Below are positions 50,181 through 60,087 of a stretch of DNA of 64,000 nucleotides, in pieces; position 1 is the stretch's first letter, and each line of letters opens with the position of its first letter. The notes beneath the pieces were generated by a model. The model saw only the letters and a program-made list of their open reading frames with translations. It made no database searches and was not told where the DNA came from. Where the stretch lies: assembly GCA_964399675.1 (NCBI GenBank), contig CAYNRK010000003.1, positions 73,033 to 137,032 on the forward strand, in the 5' to 3' direction. Made by a program: the position numbers and the translations under genes. The DNA is from an uncultured Gammaproteobacteria bacterium. Lineage in GTDB: Bacteria; Patescibacteriota; Patescibacteriia; UBA9934; GWF2-40-263.

Positions 50181-51761
50181 ATGTCAGACGAAATTAAAAA
50201 ACCAACCGTATTGATTATTGTCGATGGATTTGGAATTGCCCCGGATGGAGAAGGTAATGCTGTGAGTCGTGCAAAGACACCTGCTTTTGATAAGCTCACA
50301 CACAACTATCCAGTTATGCCACTTCGCGCTTCGGGTGAGGAAGTTGGTTTGTCTTGGGGGGAGATGGGAAATTCAGAAGTGGGACATTTGGCAATTGGAG
50401 CCGGGCGTGTTTATTATCAAATGTTTCCCAGAATCAATCGTGATATTGCAAGTGGTGAGTTTTTAAAAAACGAGGCTCTGTTGCATGCCGCAGAACATGC
50501 TAAGAAAAATGATTCCGCATTACATCTTGTTGGAATGATAAGTGGCGGTGGAGTGCATTCAGCGGATGAGCATTGTCATGAACTTTTAAAATTTGCTAAA
50601 GAGCAAGGCTTGAGCAAAGTTTTTGTTCATGCAATTACTGATGGACGTGACACAACCTACAATGCTGGTGTTGATTTTATTTCCACCTTGCAGTCAAAGA
50701 TACAAGAGTTAGGTGTTGGAAAGATCGCAAGTCTGTCTGGTCGTTACTATGCTATGGATAGAGATAACCGATGGGGTCGAACTGAGAAGGCCTATAAAGC
50801 CATAGTAAATGGTGAGGGTCAAACAGCAGAGGGTGCAGTTGAAGCTTTAAAAGCTTCTTACAAAAAAGAAATTTATGATGAGGAGTTTGTTCCAACTGTT
50901 TTAACTGAGAATGGAAAAACAATTGCAACTATTCAAGAAAATGATGCTGTGATTTGTTTTAATTTTCGATCAGATCGCATGCGTCAACTTACTAAAACAT
51001 TAACGCTAAAAGAGTTTGAACATTTTGATCGTCCAGAAATTAAGAATTTGTTTGTTGCAACAATGGCTGAGTATGAGGCAGGATTGCCGGTTGAAGTCGT
51101 TTTCCCCCCACAAGTTATCAAACAGTGTTTGGCTCATCTGTTGTCTGAAAAAGGATTAAAACAACTTCATATTGCAGAAACTGAAAAGTATGCGCATGTT
51201 ACTTTCTTTTTAAATGGAACACATGAAGATCTGTTTGAAGGCGAGGAACGTGTTATTATTCCTTCGCCAAAAGTTCCATCATACAATCAGGCTCCTGAAA
51301 TGAGTGCGCGTGAAATTACTGATCGAGTTATTAAAGAGATGCAGGAAAATAATTTTGATTTTATTGTGATGAATTTTGCAAATTCTGATATGGTTGGGCA
51401 CACAGGTGATTTTGATGCAACTGTAAAAGCTGTTGAAACGGTTGATGAGTGTGTTGGAAAAATTGTTGAAGAAACGCTTTCAAGAGAAGGAAAGGTGTTT
51501 ATTACTGCGGATCATGGAAATGCTGAGGAGCTTAAAAATCTGCGAACAGGTGATATTAATAAAGAACACTCAACAAATCCTGTGCCGTTTTATATGATTT
51601 CAAAAGAACTTGAAGGACAGCCGTCTATTGCCGGGGAAGTGCCAAATGGAGATTTGTCTTTAATGTCACCGGTTGGAATGCTTGCTGATATTGCACCAAC
51701 GATTTTAACAGTTATGGGAATTGAGGTTCCCCCTGAAATGGCAGGCCAGCCATTATTATGA
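50181..51761 (+). CDS. gpmI: 2,3-BPG-independent phosphoglycerate mutase
   Basis: MGNSEVGH, GRYYAMDRD, AETEKYAHVTFF, TADHGN. Confidence 0.97.
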   Translation: MSDEIKKPTVLIIVDGFGIAPDGEGNAVSRAKTPAFDKLTHNYPVMPLRASGEEVGLSWGEMGNSEVGHLAIGAGRVYYQMFPRINRDIASGEFLKNEALLHAAEHAKKNDSALHLVGMISGGGVHSADEHCHELLKFAKEQGLSKVFVHAITDGRDTTYNAGVDFISTLQSKIQELGVGKIASLSGRYYAMDRDNRWGRTEKAYKAIVNGEGQTAEGAVEALKASYKKEIYDEEFVPTVLTENGKTIATIQENDAVICFNFRSDRMRQLTKTLTLKEFEHFDRPEIKNLFVATMAEYEAGLPVEVVFPPQVIKQCLAHLLSEKGLKQLHIAETEKYAHVTFFLNGTHEDLFEGEERVIIPSPKVPSYNQAPEMSAREITDRVIKEMQENNFDFIVMNFANSDMVGHTGDFDATVKAVETVDECVGKIVEETLSREGKVFITADHGNAEELKNLRTGDINKEHSTNPVPFYMISKELEGQPSIAGEVPNGDLSLMSPVGMLADIAPTILTVMGIEVPPEMAGQPLL

Positions 51762-52324
51762 GTATAGACAGAAAAATTTTAAACAAACTTCATTATTCAA
51801 TTGAAAATAATTGGTGGCTTAGGCATTTAGCTATTTTTTGTGCATCGCATCTTGTTTGGTTAATGTTAGGAGTTGCAATTGGAATTAGGTATTATGTGCC
51901 AGATTTTGCTGAGATCGTGATTGGATTCGATGGTATTCCGGACACAATAAGAGATGTTTGTGGTTTATGCTTAGAGTATCTAGCCATAATCGTTCTTGTA
52001 CCCCTTTTAATCAGTCTTGGAATATCAAAAATTGTAAAAAGACACAGACCAACCTTACCAAGACGCCACCATCCCTTCATTGATTTATTTGTTAACACTT
52101 ACAGCTTTCCATCCTCACATACAACAATTGCGTTTGCACTTTCTGTTGCAGTTATTCATGATTCAACATTTGTTTATTTTCTAATTGGAGCAATTTTGGT
52201 TGGTCTGGGAAGACTTGCTGTTGGTGTTCATTATTTAAGTGATGTAATTGTGGGAGCTGTGGTTGGTTTGCTGTTTGGTTATGCAGCATACATCGGCATG
52301 GATTTAATTCCTCTTTTGTTGTAG
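51758..52324 (+). CDS. PAP2-family phosphatase
   Basis: K..KRHRP, SFPSSH, GRLAVGVHYLSDV. Confidence 0.88.
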   Translation: MSIDRKILNKLHYSIENNWWLRHLAIFCASHLVWLMLGVAIGIRYYVPDFAEIVIGFDGIPDTIRDVCGLCLEYLAIIVLVPLLISLGISKIVKRHRPTLPRRHHPFIDLFVNTYSFPSSHTTIAFALSVAVIHDSTFVYFLIGAILVGLGRLAVGVHYLSDVIVGAVVGLLFGYAAYIGMDLIPLLL

Positions 52325-52347
52325 ATTTCGAGGTGTAATACCTTTCG

Positions 52348-52437
52348 TGTCATTGCGAGAAGGCTCGTCAGACGAGCCGACGAAGCAATCCTCGTATACG
52401 AAGATTGCTTCGCCCACTTCGTTCGCTCGCAATGACA
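52348..52437. repeat. REP-like palindrome family B
   Basis: tgtcattgcgag...ctcgcaatgaca. Confidence 0.88.
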
Positions 52438-52450
52438 CAGGACAGAATAT

Positions 52451-52963
52451 ATGAACAAGAAAAAAATTATTGCAGTTTCTGGGGGTTTTGATCCTCTTCA
52501 CGTAGGCCATGTGCGTTTGTTTTCGGAAGCCAAGGCACTAGGAGATGAGCTTGTGGTTATCATGAATAATGATAATTGGCTTAAGAAAAAGAAGGGGCAT
52601 TCATTTATGACGCAGAAAGAACGTAAGGAGATAATCGAAGCACTAGAATCTGTTAACAGAGTTATTTTCACAAAACATGAGGAAGACCCACAAGACATGA
52701 GCGTCTGTCATGTTTTGCAGGAATTGAAACCGCATGTCTTTGCGCAAGGAGGTGATAGAGACAAAAAAGATGGTCTTGATCTAAATTCATCACAGAGCCC
52801 TGAAGTAAAGTTATGCAACGAACTTAACATAGAGGTTGTATATGGAGTTGGTAGTGGAGGAAAAGTCCAGTCCAGTTCTTGGTTGACTGCAGAAGATCGA
52901 GATACTCGGGGTTGTTTTTGTGAATCAGGAAATAAATATATTGATTGTCATGGGAGGCCGTAA
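52451..52963 (+). CDS. Cytidylyltransferase-family protein with C-terminal SEC-C-like motif
   Basis: GGFDPLHVGH, KVQSSS, CFCESGNKYIDCHG. Confidence 0.88.
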   Translation: MNKKKIIAVSGGFDPLHVGHVRLFSEAKALGDELVVIMNNDNWLKKKKGHSFMTQKERKEIIEALESVNRVIFTKHEEDPQDMSVCHVLQELKPHVFAQGGDRDKKDGLDLNSSQSPEVKLCNELNIEVVYGVGSGGKVQSSSWLTAEDRDTRGCFCESGNKYIDCHGRP

Positions 52964-52968
52964 TATAT

Positions 52969-53997
52969 ATGTTTAGAATCGTAGGATTATTTTTTGTCTT
53001 CATGTTCATTGTCGTAGCGTTTCTTGGTGCGGGGTTTGTTAAGGATGCGTATTTAACGTCTCCTGAAAAGGATGCTCAGGAGGTTGAGTTTATTGTTGAA
53101 AAAGGAACTTCTGTTAAAACAATTGCCCGCAGACTGGAAGAAGAGGGAATTATTGACAGCGCGTTTTTCTTTGAAGGTTTTGTTTGGCTTAAGAAAAATC
53201 AAGCTGACTTGCAGGCTGGTTCGTTTACACTCAAGCCTGGTATGAGTTTTCCAACCCTAATGAGTGAGCTGATGCACGCAAAGTCAATAGACATTGAAGT
53301 AACAATTCCAGAAGGATTTACACTTGCGCAGATTGAGGAAGTTGTTGTTGAGAAATTTAAAAATGTTAACAAAGAATCCTGGGAAAGTGTTGTGAGTGCA
53401 AACGGGATGAATCAATTGCCATTTGAAGATTTGTTTGATGGGGTTCCAAATGGACAGAATCTTGAAGGATATCTTTTCCCAGACACTTATCGATTTAGTG
53501 AAAACGCAACTGCTGAAGTGATTGTTGAGACAATGATTCGAACACTTAGACGTCGTTTGGCAGAGAAAAATGTTGTTATTCCTGATAGTTTGATTTTTGA
53601 AAATGAAATGTTTTTTCATGAAGTTCTCACGCTTGCGTCTATTATTGAACGTGAAGTTAGGCATCCCGAGGATATGGCAATTGTCTCTGGAATTTTTCAA
53701 AATCGTTTAGAAATTGGAATGGCGCTTCAGGCTGATTCAACTGTGAATTATATTACCGGTAAAGACGAGCCAGCTATTTCACTTGAGGATACAAAGCTTG
53801 ATTCTCCTTATAACACTTATCAACGAGTTGGTTTGCCGCCCGGACCAATTAGTAATCCGGGCATGAATTCTATTCTTGCTGTTTTGCATCCAGACCTTAC
53901 TGAATCACTTTACTTTTTAACAACACCAGAAGGTGAAGTGATCTATGCCCAGACTTTTGATCAGCATGTGAAGAATAAGTATAAATATTTGAAATAG
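52969..53997 (+). CDS. mltG: Endolytic transglycosylase MltG
   Basis: TIPEG, LEGYLFPDTY, LASIIERE, SPYNTY, GLPPGPISNPG. Confidence 0.95.
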   Translation: MFRIVGLFFVFMFIVVAFLGAGFVKDAYLTSPEKDAQEVEFIVEKGTSVKTIARRLEEEGIIDSAFFFEGFVWLKKNQADLQAGSFTLKPGMSFPTLMSELMHAKSIDIEVTIPEGFTLAQIEEVVVEKFKNVNKESWESVVSANGMNQLPFEDLFDGVPNGQNLEGYLFPDTYRFSENATAEVIVETMIRTLRRRLAEKNVVIPDSLIFENEMFFHEVLTLASIIEREVRHPEDMAIVSGIFQNRLEIGMALQADSTVNYITGKDEPAISLEDTKLDSPYNTYQRVGLPPGPISNPGMNSILAVLHPDLTESLYFLTTPEGEVIYAQTFDQHVKNKYKYLK

Positions 53998-54076
53998 AAT
54001 ACTCCCCGAGCTTGTCGAGGGGGGGGGGATAACGCCTTTAATGCCTTCGACAGGCTCAGGCAATATTCTTAAAAAA

Positions 54077-56155
54077 ATGAAAGAATTTGTTCTTAAAAAT
54101 GAATTTGATCCAAGCCGCTGTAAGATTGATTATCAAAAAGAATTGAATGATGAGCAGTGTGAGGCAGTAATGAATGGAAACGGAGCTGCGCTTGTGCTTG
54201 CCGGGGCTGGGTCTGGAAAAACCCGCGCGATCACGTATCGTGTGGCGTTTTTGATTGAGCAAGGTATTAGCCCTCAGAACATCTTGTTGGTCACGTTTAC
54301 AAACAAAGCGTCAAAGGAAATGTTGTCTCGAGTTGAAAATCTTTTGGGTTCTTATCCAACAGGACTTTGGGGTGGCACCTTTCATTCAATTGCAAATAGA
54401 ATTCTTCGTATTTATGCAAACGAGATTGGGCATACAAGTCGTTTTACAATTTTGGATCAGGAAGATGCAAAGTCACTCATCAAGGTTTGTGTAAAGTCGC
54501 TCAATATTGATACAGCGGCCAGAAAGTTTCCATCTCCGGCAAAAATTTTGTCAGTAATAAGCTTTGCTCGAAATTCCGGGCAACCACTTGAAGATGTTTT
54601 AGAACTTCGGTTATCTCATCAAATTGATCTTTTGCCCGTGATTGAACAGATTGCAAAAATGTATGACCACAGGAAAAAAGAAGCAGATGCAATGGACTTT
54701 GATGATTTGCTTTTGAATCTAAGAGAACTGCTTGCTAAAAATGAAAAAGTCCGTGCACGACTAGCTCAACAGTTTGAATACGTTTTGGTTGATGAGTATC
54801 AGGACACAAATGTTATTCAAGCCGAGATTGTGCGTTGTCTTGCAAGTCATCACGGAAATGTATTTGTGGTCGGGGATGATGCGCAGTCAATTTATTCGTT
54901 TCGCGCAGCAGAGATTAAAAACATTTTGTCATTTCCAAAAAGTTATAGTTCACCAAAAACTTTTCGTTTAACAACAAACTATCGTTCATCACCGGAAATT
55001 CTTCGTGTTGCAAATAGAAGTATTGGAAATAACAAAGATCAATTTAAAAAAGAACTTTACGCAATTCGTGATTCTAAAGAAAAACCAAACTTAGTCCCAG
55101 CGGCAAATTCAGCGCAAGAAGCTCAGTACATTGCAGAACAAATATTGCAACTTAATAAAAAAGGTTTGTCTCTTGATAATATAGCTGTGTTGTTTCGCGC
55201 AGCGTTTCACTCGCAATCACTTGAGTTTGAACTTTTAAAACGAGATATTCCATATGAGTATCGAGGTGGGCTCAAATTTTTTGAACGCGCACATGTTAAA
55301 GATATTGTTTCGTTTTTGCGTGTTAAAGAAAATCTAAAAGATGAAGTTGCCTGGATGAGAATTTTGGGACTCCAACCAGGTGTTGGTCTTGTAACTGCTC
55401 AAAAAATCATTGCACAAATTCGAGACAGCGCCGACCTTTCGGAAATGGTTGATCTTGAGATCAATGTTGGTGCGCGTGCTCAAGCAGGACTTAATACTAT
55501 TAAAAAAACATTGCGAAAACTTGCCCGAGAAACACTTCCTGCAGATTTGATCCGCAGTTCCATTTCTGAAGATTATAAGGAGTATCTTGAAGCAGAGTTT
55601 CCGGATTATCTGGATCGTTTAGATGATTTGGAGCAGTTTGCTTTGTTTGCTGAAGGTTATGACAAGCTTACTGACTTTTTAAATGAGGTTTCGCTTACTT
55701 CTGAATACGGGGCGATTCGGGCGCAAAAGGAAAGTTATGATGAAGAAAAGATTATTCTTTCAACAGTTCATCAAGCCAAAGGTTTGGAATGGGATGCTGT
55801 GTTTGTAATACATCTAACTGACAGCAAGTTTCCAAATCCGCGAGCAATGGAAGAGGATGGTGGGCTTGAAGAAGAGAGGCGATTATTTTATGTTGCAACA
55901 ACAAGAGCTCGGAAGCATTTGTTTTTTAGTTATCCGATTATGTCAGGATACGATTCGCTTACGATCGGTCAGCCGTCCATGTTTCTTTCAGAGTTACCGG
56001 ATGAATTGTTTGAACATGTTAGATTAAAAAAGAGTGTTCAAAACAAAAGTTTTGGTTCTTCTTTTGAGGAGCCTACGATTGTTTTTGATGAGTTGGGGGA
56101 AGTAAAGGAGGCACCAAAGGGATTGTCGTTTTTGCGAGGAGTTGATGAGTTGTAA
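54077..56155 (+). CDS. UvrD/PcrA-family DNA helicase
   Basis: AGAGSGKT, VDEYQD, GDDAQSIYSFR, STVHQAKGLE, EERRLFYVA. Confidence 0.95.
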   Translation: MKEFVLKNEFDPSRCKIDYQKELNDEQCEAVMNGNGAALVLAGAGSGKTRAITYRVAFLIEQGISPQNILLVTFTNKASKEMLSRVENLLGSYPTGLWGGTFHSIANRILRIYANEIGHTSRFTILDQEDAKSLIKVCVKSLNIDTAARKFPSPAKILSVISFARNSGQPLEDVLELRLSHQIDLLPVIEQIAKMYDHRKKEADAMDFDDLLLNLRELLAKNEKVRARLAQQFEYVLVDEYQDTNVIQAEIVRCLASHHGNVFVVGDDAQSIYSFRAAEIKNILSFPKSYSSPKTFRLTTNYRSSPEILRVANRSIGNNKDQFKKELYAIRDSKEKPNLVPAANSAQEAQYIAEQILQLNKKGLSLDNIAVLFRAAFHSQSLEFELLKRDIPYEYRGGLKFFERAHVKDIVSFLRVKENLKDEVAWMRILGLQPGVGLVTAQKIIAQIRDSADLSEMVDLEINVGARAQAGLNTIKKTLRKLARETLPADLIRSSISEDYKEYLEAEFPDYLDRLDDLEQFALFAEGYDKLTDFLNEVSLTSEYGAIRAQKESYDEEKIILSTVHQAKGLEWDAVFVIHLTDSKFPNPRAMEEDGGLEEERRLFYVATTRARKHLFFSYPIMSGYDSLTIGQPSMFLSELPDELFEHVRLKKSVQNKSFGSSFEEPTIVFDELGEVKEAPKGLSFLRGVDEL

Positions 56156-56262
56156 TGTTATTTACTTGCGCCTTTGCGGTCATTGCTTTTCTTCCCGCGT
56201 CACTGCTCTCCCCCTGCGTCGTTGCGAGCGAAGCGAAGCAATCTCCGTAAAGAACTATGGGG

Positions 56263-56338
56263 GACAGTCACGTTGTATATAATTTCGGCAGTACTCGCGT
56301 GGCTCCGTGCTGGCGAAATTATATACAACGTACCTGTT
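56263..56338. repeat. Hairpin element, copy 1
   Basis: acagtcacgttgtat..aatttcggcag...ctggcgaaattat..caacgtacctgt; copy 2 at 57367-57436. Confidence 0.8.
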
Positions 56339-56380
56339 GTGGAGATACTGACAGTTTGTTGGAGGGTTGTGAAAGGCTTT

Positions 56381-56446
56381 TGGGGTCAAGTCTAAAATCT
56401 AAACTTTGTAGTCATTTTAAAAGTTTAGATTTTAGACTTGACCCCC
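56381..56446. repeat. Palindrome tggggtcaagtctaaaatctaaac...gtttagattttagacttgacccca
   Basis: Long perfect inverted repeat. Confidence 0.8.
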
Positions 56447-56472
56447 ATGTTCCTTGAGGGCTCGCTTGTTTA

Positions 56473-56645
56473 TGTCATCTCGACCGAGCGAAGCCGAGGG
56501 GTCTCGCATATTGGAACAACACGATTCGAGATCTCTCCGCTCCGGCCCGTCTGACGGGCCTCCGGTCGAGATGACATTAAAGAAACGCTCCGGTCGAAAT
56601 GACATGTATCAGTTGTCATCCCGAGCGAAGCCGAGGGATCTCGAA
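56473..56645. repeat. Cluster of family A palindromes (one full, partial copies)
   Basis: tgtcatctcgacc...gagatgaca plus fragments. Confidence 0.85.
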
Positions 56646-56667
56646 TTATGTAAAGAAACAGCTATTT

Positions 56668-57228
56668 ATGACACGACAATATGGGAGAGGAAAAGGAAAG
56701 GTGAGATGGGGGTCGGCTATTGGAACCGGCTTGATTGTGATTGTATTGTTTGTAATTTTTGTTTTTGCTGTGCAGTGGTTTCGTTCTTCAAAACCAAAAC
56801 CAGCAACCGAGATTGACTCGATTGCAAATGTTTTAACACCGGAACCAATTGCAAATGAAGTTATTGCAAAGGCGATTGATACTGAAAGTCGAATTGCCAG
56901 ACTTGTTTGGCAGAAGACTGGTGAGATGATTGGGGAAGCAAAACGTGGAACCAAAGATGGGAATTATTGGTTTGAAATGATTACAACATTACCTGAGATT
57001 GACAGAGAGGTTTATTATTATAAAGGCTGGCTTGTGCGGCAGGTTCCGTATGATTATTTTTCCATGGGGGAGATGTATACTAATGATGATGGAAAGTTTA
57101 TTATCACTTGGCCGGGTGAGGAGGATGAGGATTACTCAAGTTATACAAAAATTATAATTACTCAGCACGAATACGATGGCGATGTTGATCCGGGAGAGCA
57201 TTTGGTCGAAGGGGAGTTTGGGAAATAA
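56668..57228 (+). CDS. Membrane-anchored hypothetical protein
   Basis: N-terminal TM helix, YKGWLV beta domain. Confidence 0.78.
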   Translation: MTRQYGRGKGKVRWGSAIGTGLIVIVLFVIFVFAVQWFRSSKPKPATEIDSIANVLTPEPIANEVIAKAIDTESRIARLVWQKTGEMIGEAKRGTKDGNYWFEMITTLPEIDREVYYYKGWLVRQVPYDYFSMGEMYTNDDGKFIITWPGEEDEDYSSYTKIIITQHEYDGDVDPGEHLVEGEFGK

Positions 57229-57254
57229 ATATTTTTTTCGCGCCTTTCACCCTG

Positions 57255-57436
57255 TGTCATTGCGAGGCCTGAAAGGCCGAAGCAATCCTCGTATCATCAC
57301 CCTGCGTCGTTGCGAGGAGGCCCGTCAGACGGGCCGACGAAGCAATCTCCGTAAAGAATTTTGGATGACAGTCACGTTGTATAATTTCGGCAGACTCGCT
57401 TCGCTCGTGCTGGCGAAATTATCCAACGTACCTGTT
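57255..57436. repeat. Family B palindromes plus hairpin element copy 2
   Basis: gtcattgcgag...gcaatc x2, then ctccgtaaagaa and hairpin as at 56240-56338. Confidence 0.8.
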
Positions 57437-57475
57437 AATGGTGACATGAGTGTTCGTCGGAAGTTTGTAAAAAAT

Positions 57476-58243
57476 ATGAAAACAACAATCAAAAATAGAA
57501 AGGGGGAGAAGGTATCAGTTCTAGTTGAGCAAGTTGAGAATCAAAAAGGTTTGGCTTTTGTTGTGCATGGACTTGGTGGGTTTAAAGAGCAGCCGCATAT
57601 TACAAAAATGGCCGACGTGTTTAAATCAAATGGTATTTCAGTTGTTCGGTTTGATACAACAAACACTTTGGGAGAAAGTGATGGAAATTATGAAGATGCA
57701 ACAGTTACGAATTATTATGAGGATCTAGAGGATGTTATGGCTTGGTCGGGGTCGCAAGAGTGGTATGAAGAACCGTTTTGGTTGGCAGCGCATAGTTTAG
57801 GTGGAATTTGTATTAGTTTGTTTGCCGAGAAGCATCCAGAAAAAGTAAAAGCTTTGGCGCCGATTTCTACAACAGTTTCAGGGAAGTTGAGTCTGGAAAC
57901 ACCGTCCTATGAAAAAGATAAAAAAGGTTGGGAAGAGACAGGGTGGCTCGTTCAGGAGAGTATTTCAAAGCCTGGCGAAGTTAAACGACTTAAGTGGTCT
58001 CACATGGAGGACAGATTGAAATATGATTTACTTCCAGAGGCTCATAAGTTAACCATGCCGGTTTTGTTGGTTGTTGGCTCAAAGGATGAATCAACTCCAG
58101 TTGGTGATCAAAAGATTTTATTTGATGCATTGCCTGAACCAAAAGAGATCCATGTGATAGATGGATCTTGTCATAATTTTAGAAAAGAAGAGTATCGGGA
58201 GGAGTTAGGTGAGATTTTTGATAATTGGATTAAGTCTATTTAG
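57476..58243 (+). CDS. Alpha/beta hydrolase
   Basis: VHGLGG, AHSLGG nucleophile elbow, GSKDE, HNF. Confidence 0.9.
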   Translation: MKTTIKNRKGEKVSVLVEQVENQKGLAFVVHGLGGFKEQPHITKMADVFKSNGISVVRFDTTNTLGESDGNYEDATVTNYYEDLEDVMAWSGSQEWYEEPFWLAAHSLGGICISLFAEKHPEKVKALAPISTTVSGKLSLETPSYEKDKKGWEETGWLVQESISKPGEVKRLKWSHMEDRLKYDLLPEAHKLTMPVLLVVGSKDESTPVGDQKILFDALPEPKEIHVIDGSCHNFRKEEYREELGEIFDNWIKSI

Positions 58244-58388
58244 AGATTGCGCTTCGTAATGCTTGCTTAAAGCGGCGGCGGGAGATGCGGACGCGAAGTT
58301 GGCGGACTGCCTTTGAGACTTCGCGATCGCGACGATGAGGAATAAAAGAAAGAGCTGTTGCGTGGTAACGAAGGGTTAGCGTGGACAT
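58236..58388 (-). CDS. Small Arg-rich protein (50 aa, below ORF-track cutoff)
   Basis: Manual translation MSTLTLRYHATALSFIPHRRDREVSKAVRQLRVRISRRRFKQALRSAISK*. Confidence 0.5.
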   Translation of the reverse strand: MSTLTLRYHATALSFIPHRRDREVSKAVRQLRVRISRRRFKQALRSAISK

Positions 58389-58600
58389 ATTGAGTTTTTC
58401 TAATAATTTTTATACAATTTTAAAGCCGCCATACGCTTGGGAAACGTCCCATTGCGTACCAGGTGGTTTTGCGAGAACTGTCGGCTATGTCTTCCCGGAC
58501 AACGACAGTTTTCTTTTTGTACAATGATTCAGTTGTGGATCCCTTCACAAATAAATCATTGCAACAAGCTGAACCCTTCGACAGGCTCAGGGTAAACCTT

Positions 58601-59215
58601 TTACACTGGATTGAATTGACGTATGACGGCTCTGACAACCCCCTGGATAATACAATCCTGAACAAATATCGGATCCATGGTGCTGTTAGCAGGTTGAAGC
58701 CTAATGCGATTTCTCTCTCTATAAAACCGTTTCAGTGTTGCATAGGCATTGTCCAGCAAGGCTACAACAACCTCACCGTTTTTTGGAGATGGATTTCTTT
58801 CGATCACAACATAATCTCCATCATAAATTCCATCGTCAATCATTGATTTTCCTTTAACTTGCAATACATAAGAGTTTTCACCATCAACAACAAAGTTTAC
58901 TGGTACAGCCATTGTTTCATTTTGTTCAACAGCTTCAATTGGTTCACCTGCAGTAATCAGTCCAGACAAGGGGAGTAGTACTGCCATTTCAAATGGTTTT
59001 GCATGTACAAGTTCCATTGACCTAGCTTCGCCATCATGACCAAGTGTGATCTTGCCCTTTTCTGCAAGAGCTTGCACGTGTGCATGAACAGTGGCAGGGG
59101 AGGATAGGCTAAAGTGCTCGCCAATCTCTCTGTAAGATGGTGCATATCCAAAGTCTTCTACATAAGAACGAATAAAAGCCAGAACCTCTGTTTGTTTTTT
59201 GGTTAAATTAGACAT
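58601..59215 (-). CDS. lexA: LexA repressor
   Basis: LTKKQ..VL, PSYREI, AG cleavage site, GKSM, TLKR. Confidence 0.96.
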   Translation of the reverse strand: MSNLTKKQTEVLAFIRSYVEDFGYAPSYREIGEHFSLSSPATVHAHVQALAEKGKITLGHDGEARSMELVHAKPFEMAVLLPLSGLITAGEPIEAVEQNETMAVPVNFVVDGENSYVLQVKGKSMIDDGIYDGDYVVIERNPSPKNGEVVVALLDNAYATLKRFYRERNRIRLQPANSTMDPIFVQDCIIQGVVRAVIRQFNPV

Positions 59216-59222
59216 ATTTTTT

Positions 59223-59330
59223 TGTCATTTCGACCGAGCGCTAGCGAGTGGAGAAATCTCGAATTACGTTTTCAACATTCGAGATCCCTCGGCTTCGCCC
59301 GGCAGCTGCCGGGCTTCGCTCGGGATGACA
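59223..59330. repeat. REP-like palindrome family A in lexA 5' UTR
   Basis: tgtcatttcgacc...cgggatgaca. Confidence 0.88.
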
Positions 59331-59336
59331 GGGTTA

Positions 59337-59377
59337 GTTCGTTTTATGTTCGTATTATATCCGAACAAAAATCGAAC
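59337..59377 (-). promoter_or_regulatory. Putative LexA operators flanking lexA -10 box
   Basis: GTTC-N7-GTTC (59337-59351) and GAAC-N7-GAAC (59363-59377) around TATAAT (59359-59354). Confidence 0.7.
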
Positions 59378-59412
59378 ACAAGAGTTGGGTTGTGGATAAA
59401 AAGAAATGACCC

Positions 59413-59976
59413 TCAAGGGGTCATGTGGTGGGTTTGAGTGAGTGGCTTTCGTTTTGCCAAGACTGAAAGAGGCCAACAGACGCGTGTGTCTCCGTTGTCT
59501 CCTTGGACATCCTGGCGTGTAAAAGCGTACTCAATATCCCAGTCGCTGCTGAGCAGCCTGAGAAGAGTCTCGCGTCCGTAGATTTCAGGAACCCCACAAG
59601 CAGGTTTTGGAACAGGTGTTGCCGTTGCGGTTTCGATTGCAAGCAATCCACCAGGCTTTACGAACCTGTGAATTTTTGGCAGCAAATGGCCAAGCACGAA
59701 TCTTCTTGAAAGCCGTTCGAGTGCACCTCGCACGATAATGTAATCATGCGGCAGGCTTGGATCAAGAGATCTGAACCATTCCCAAATAGATCTGAGCTCC
59801 AAAAACACGCGTAGGCTTTGTGCTTCTGGAAACTCATGGTCAACGAAGATTACCTGTGACCCGTTTGCAGCAAGTGCATTTGCAAGAGGAACATTGGATG
59901 TTCCCAGGACGACCCCGATCTCACCAGGGCCGACTCTTTTGAGCAGGTCCGTGGTAAGAGGATCGTTTGCTAGCAC
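59413..59976 (-). CDS. Degenerate class I methyltransferase-like orphan
   Basis: VVLG..N..LA..LA..G..V.FVD and VKPGGLLAI patterns; AGGAG SD, TTGACA-17-TACTTT promoter at 60038-60010. Confidence 0.55.
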   Translation of the reverse strand: MLANDPLTTDLLKRVGPGEIGVVLGTSNVPLANALAANGSQVIFVDHEFPEAQSLRVFLELRSIWEWFRSLDPSLPHDYIIVRGALERLSRRFVLGHLLPKIHRFVKPGGLLAIETATATPVPKPACGVPEIYGRETLLRLLSSDWDIEYAFTRQDVQGDNGDTRVCWPLSVLAKRKPLTQTHHMTP

Positions 59977-60087
59977 TGGTTAAGCTCCTGTTGGATTGTG
60001 CGATGCTCCAAAGTAACAACTTTCCCCCATTCTGTCAACATAAATCCATTGATCAGGGGCTTGTATTTTGATAAGGTTGGGGTCGTT

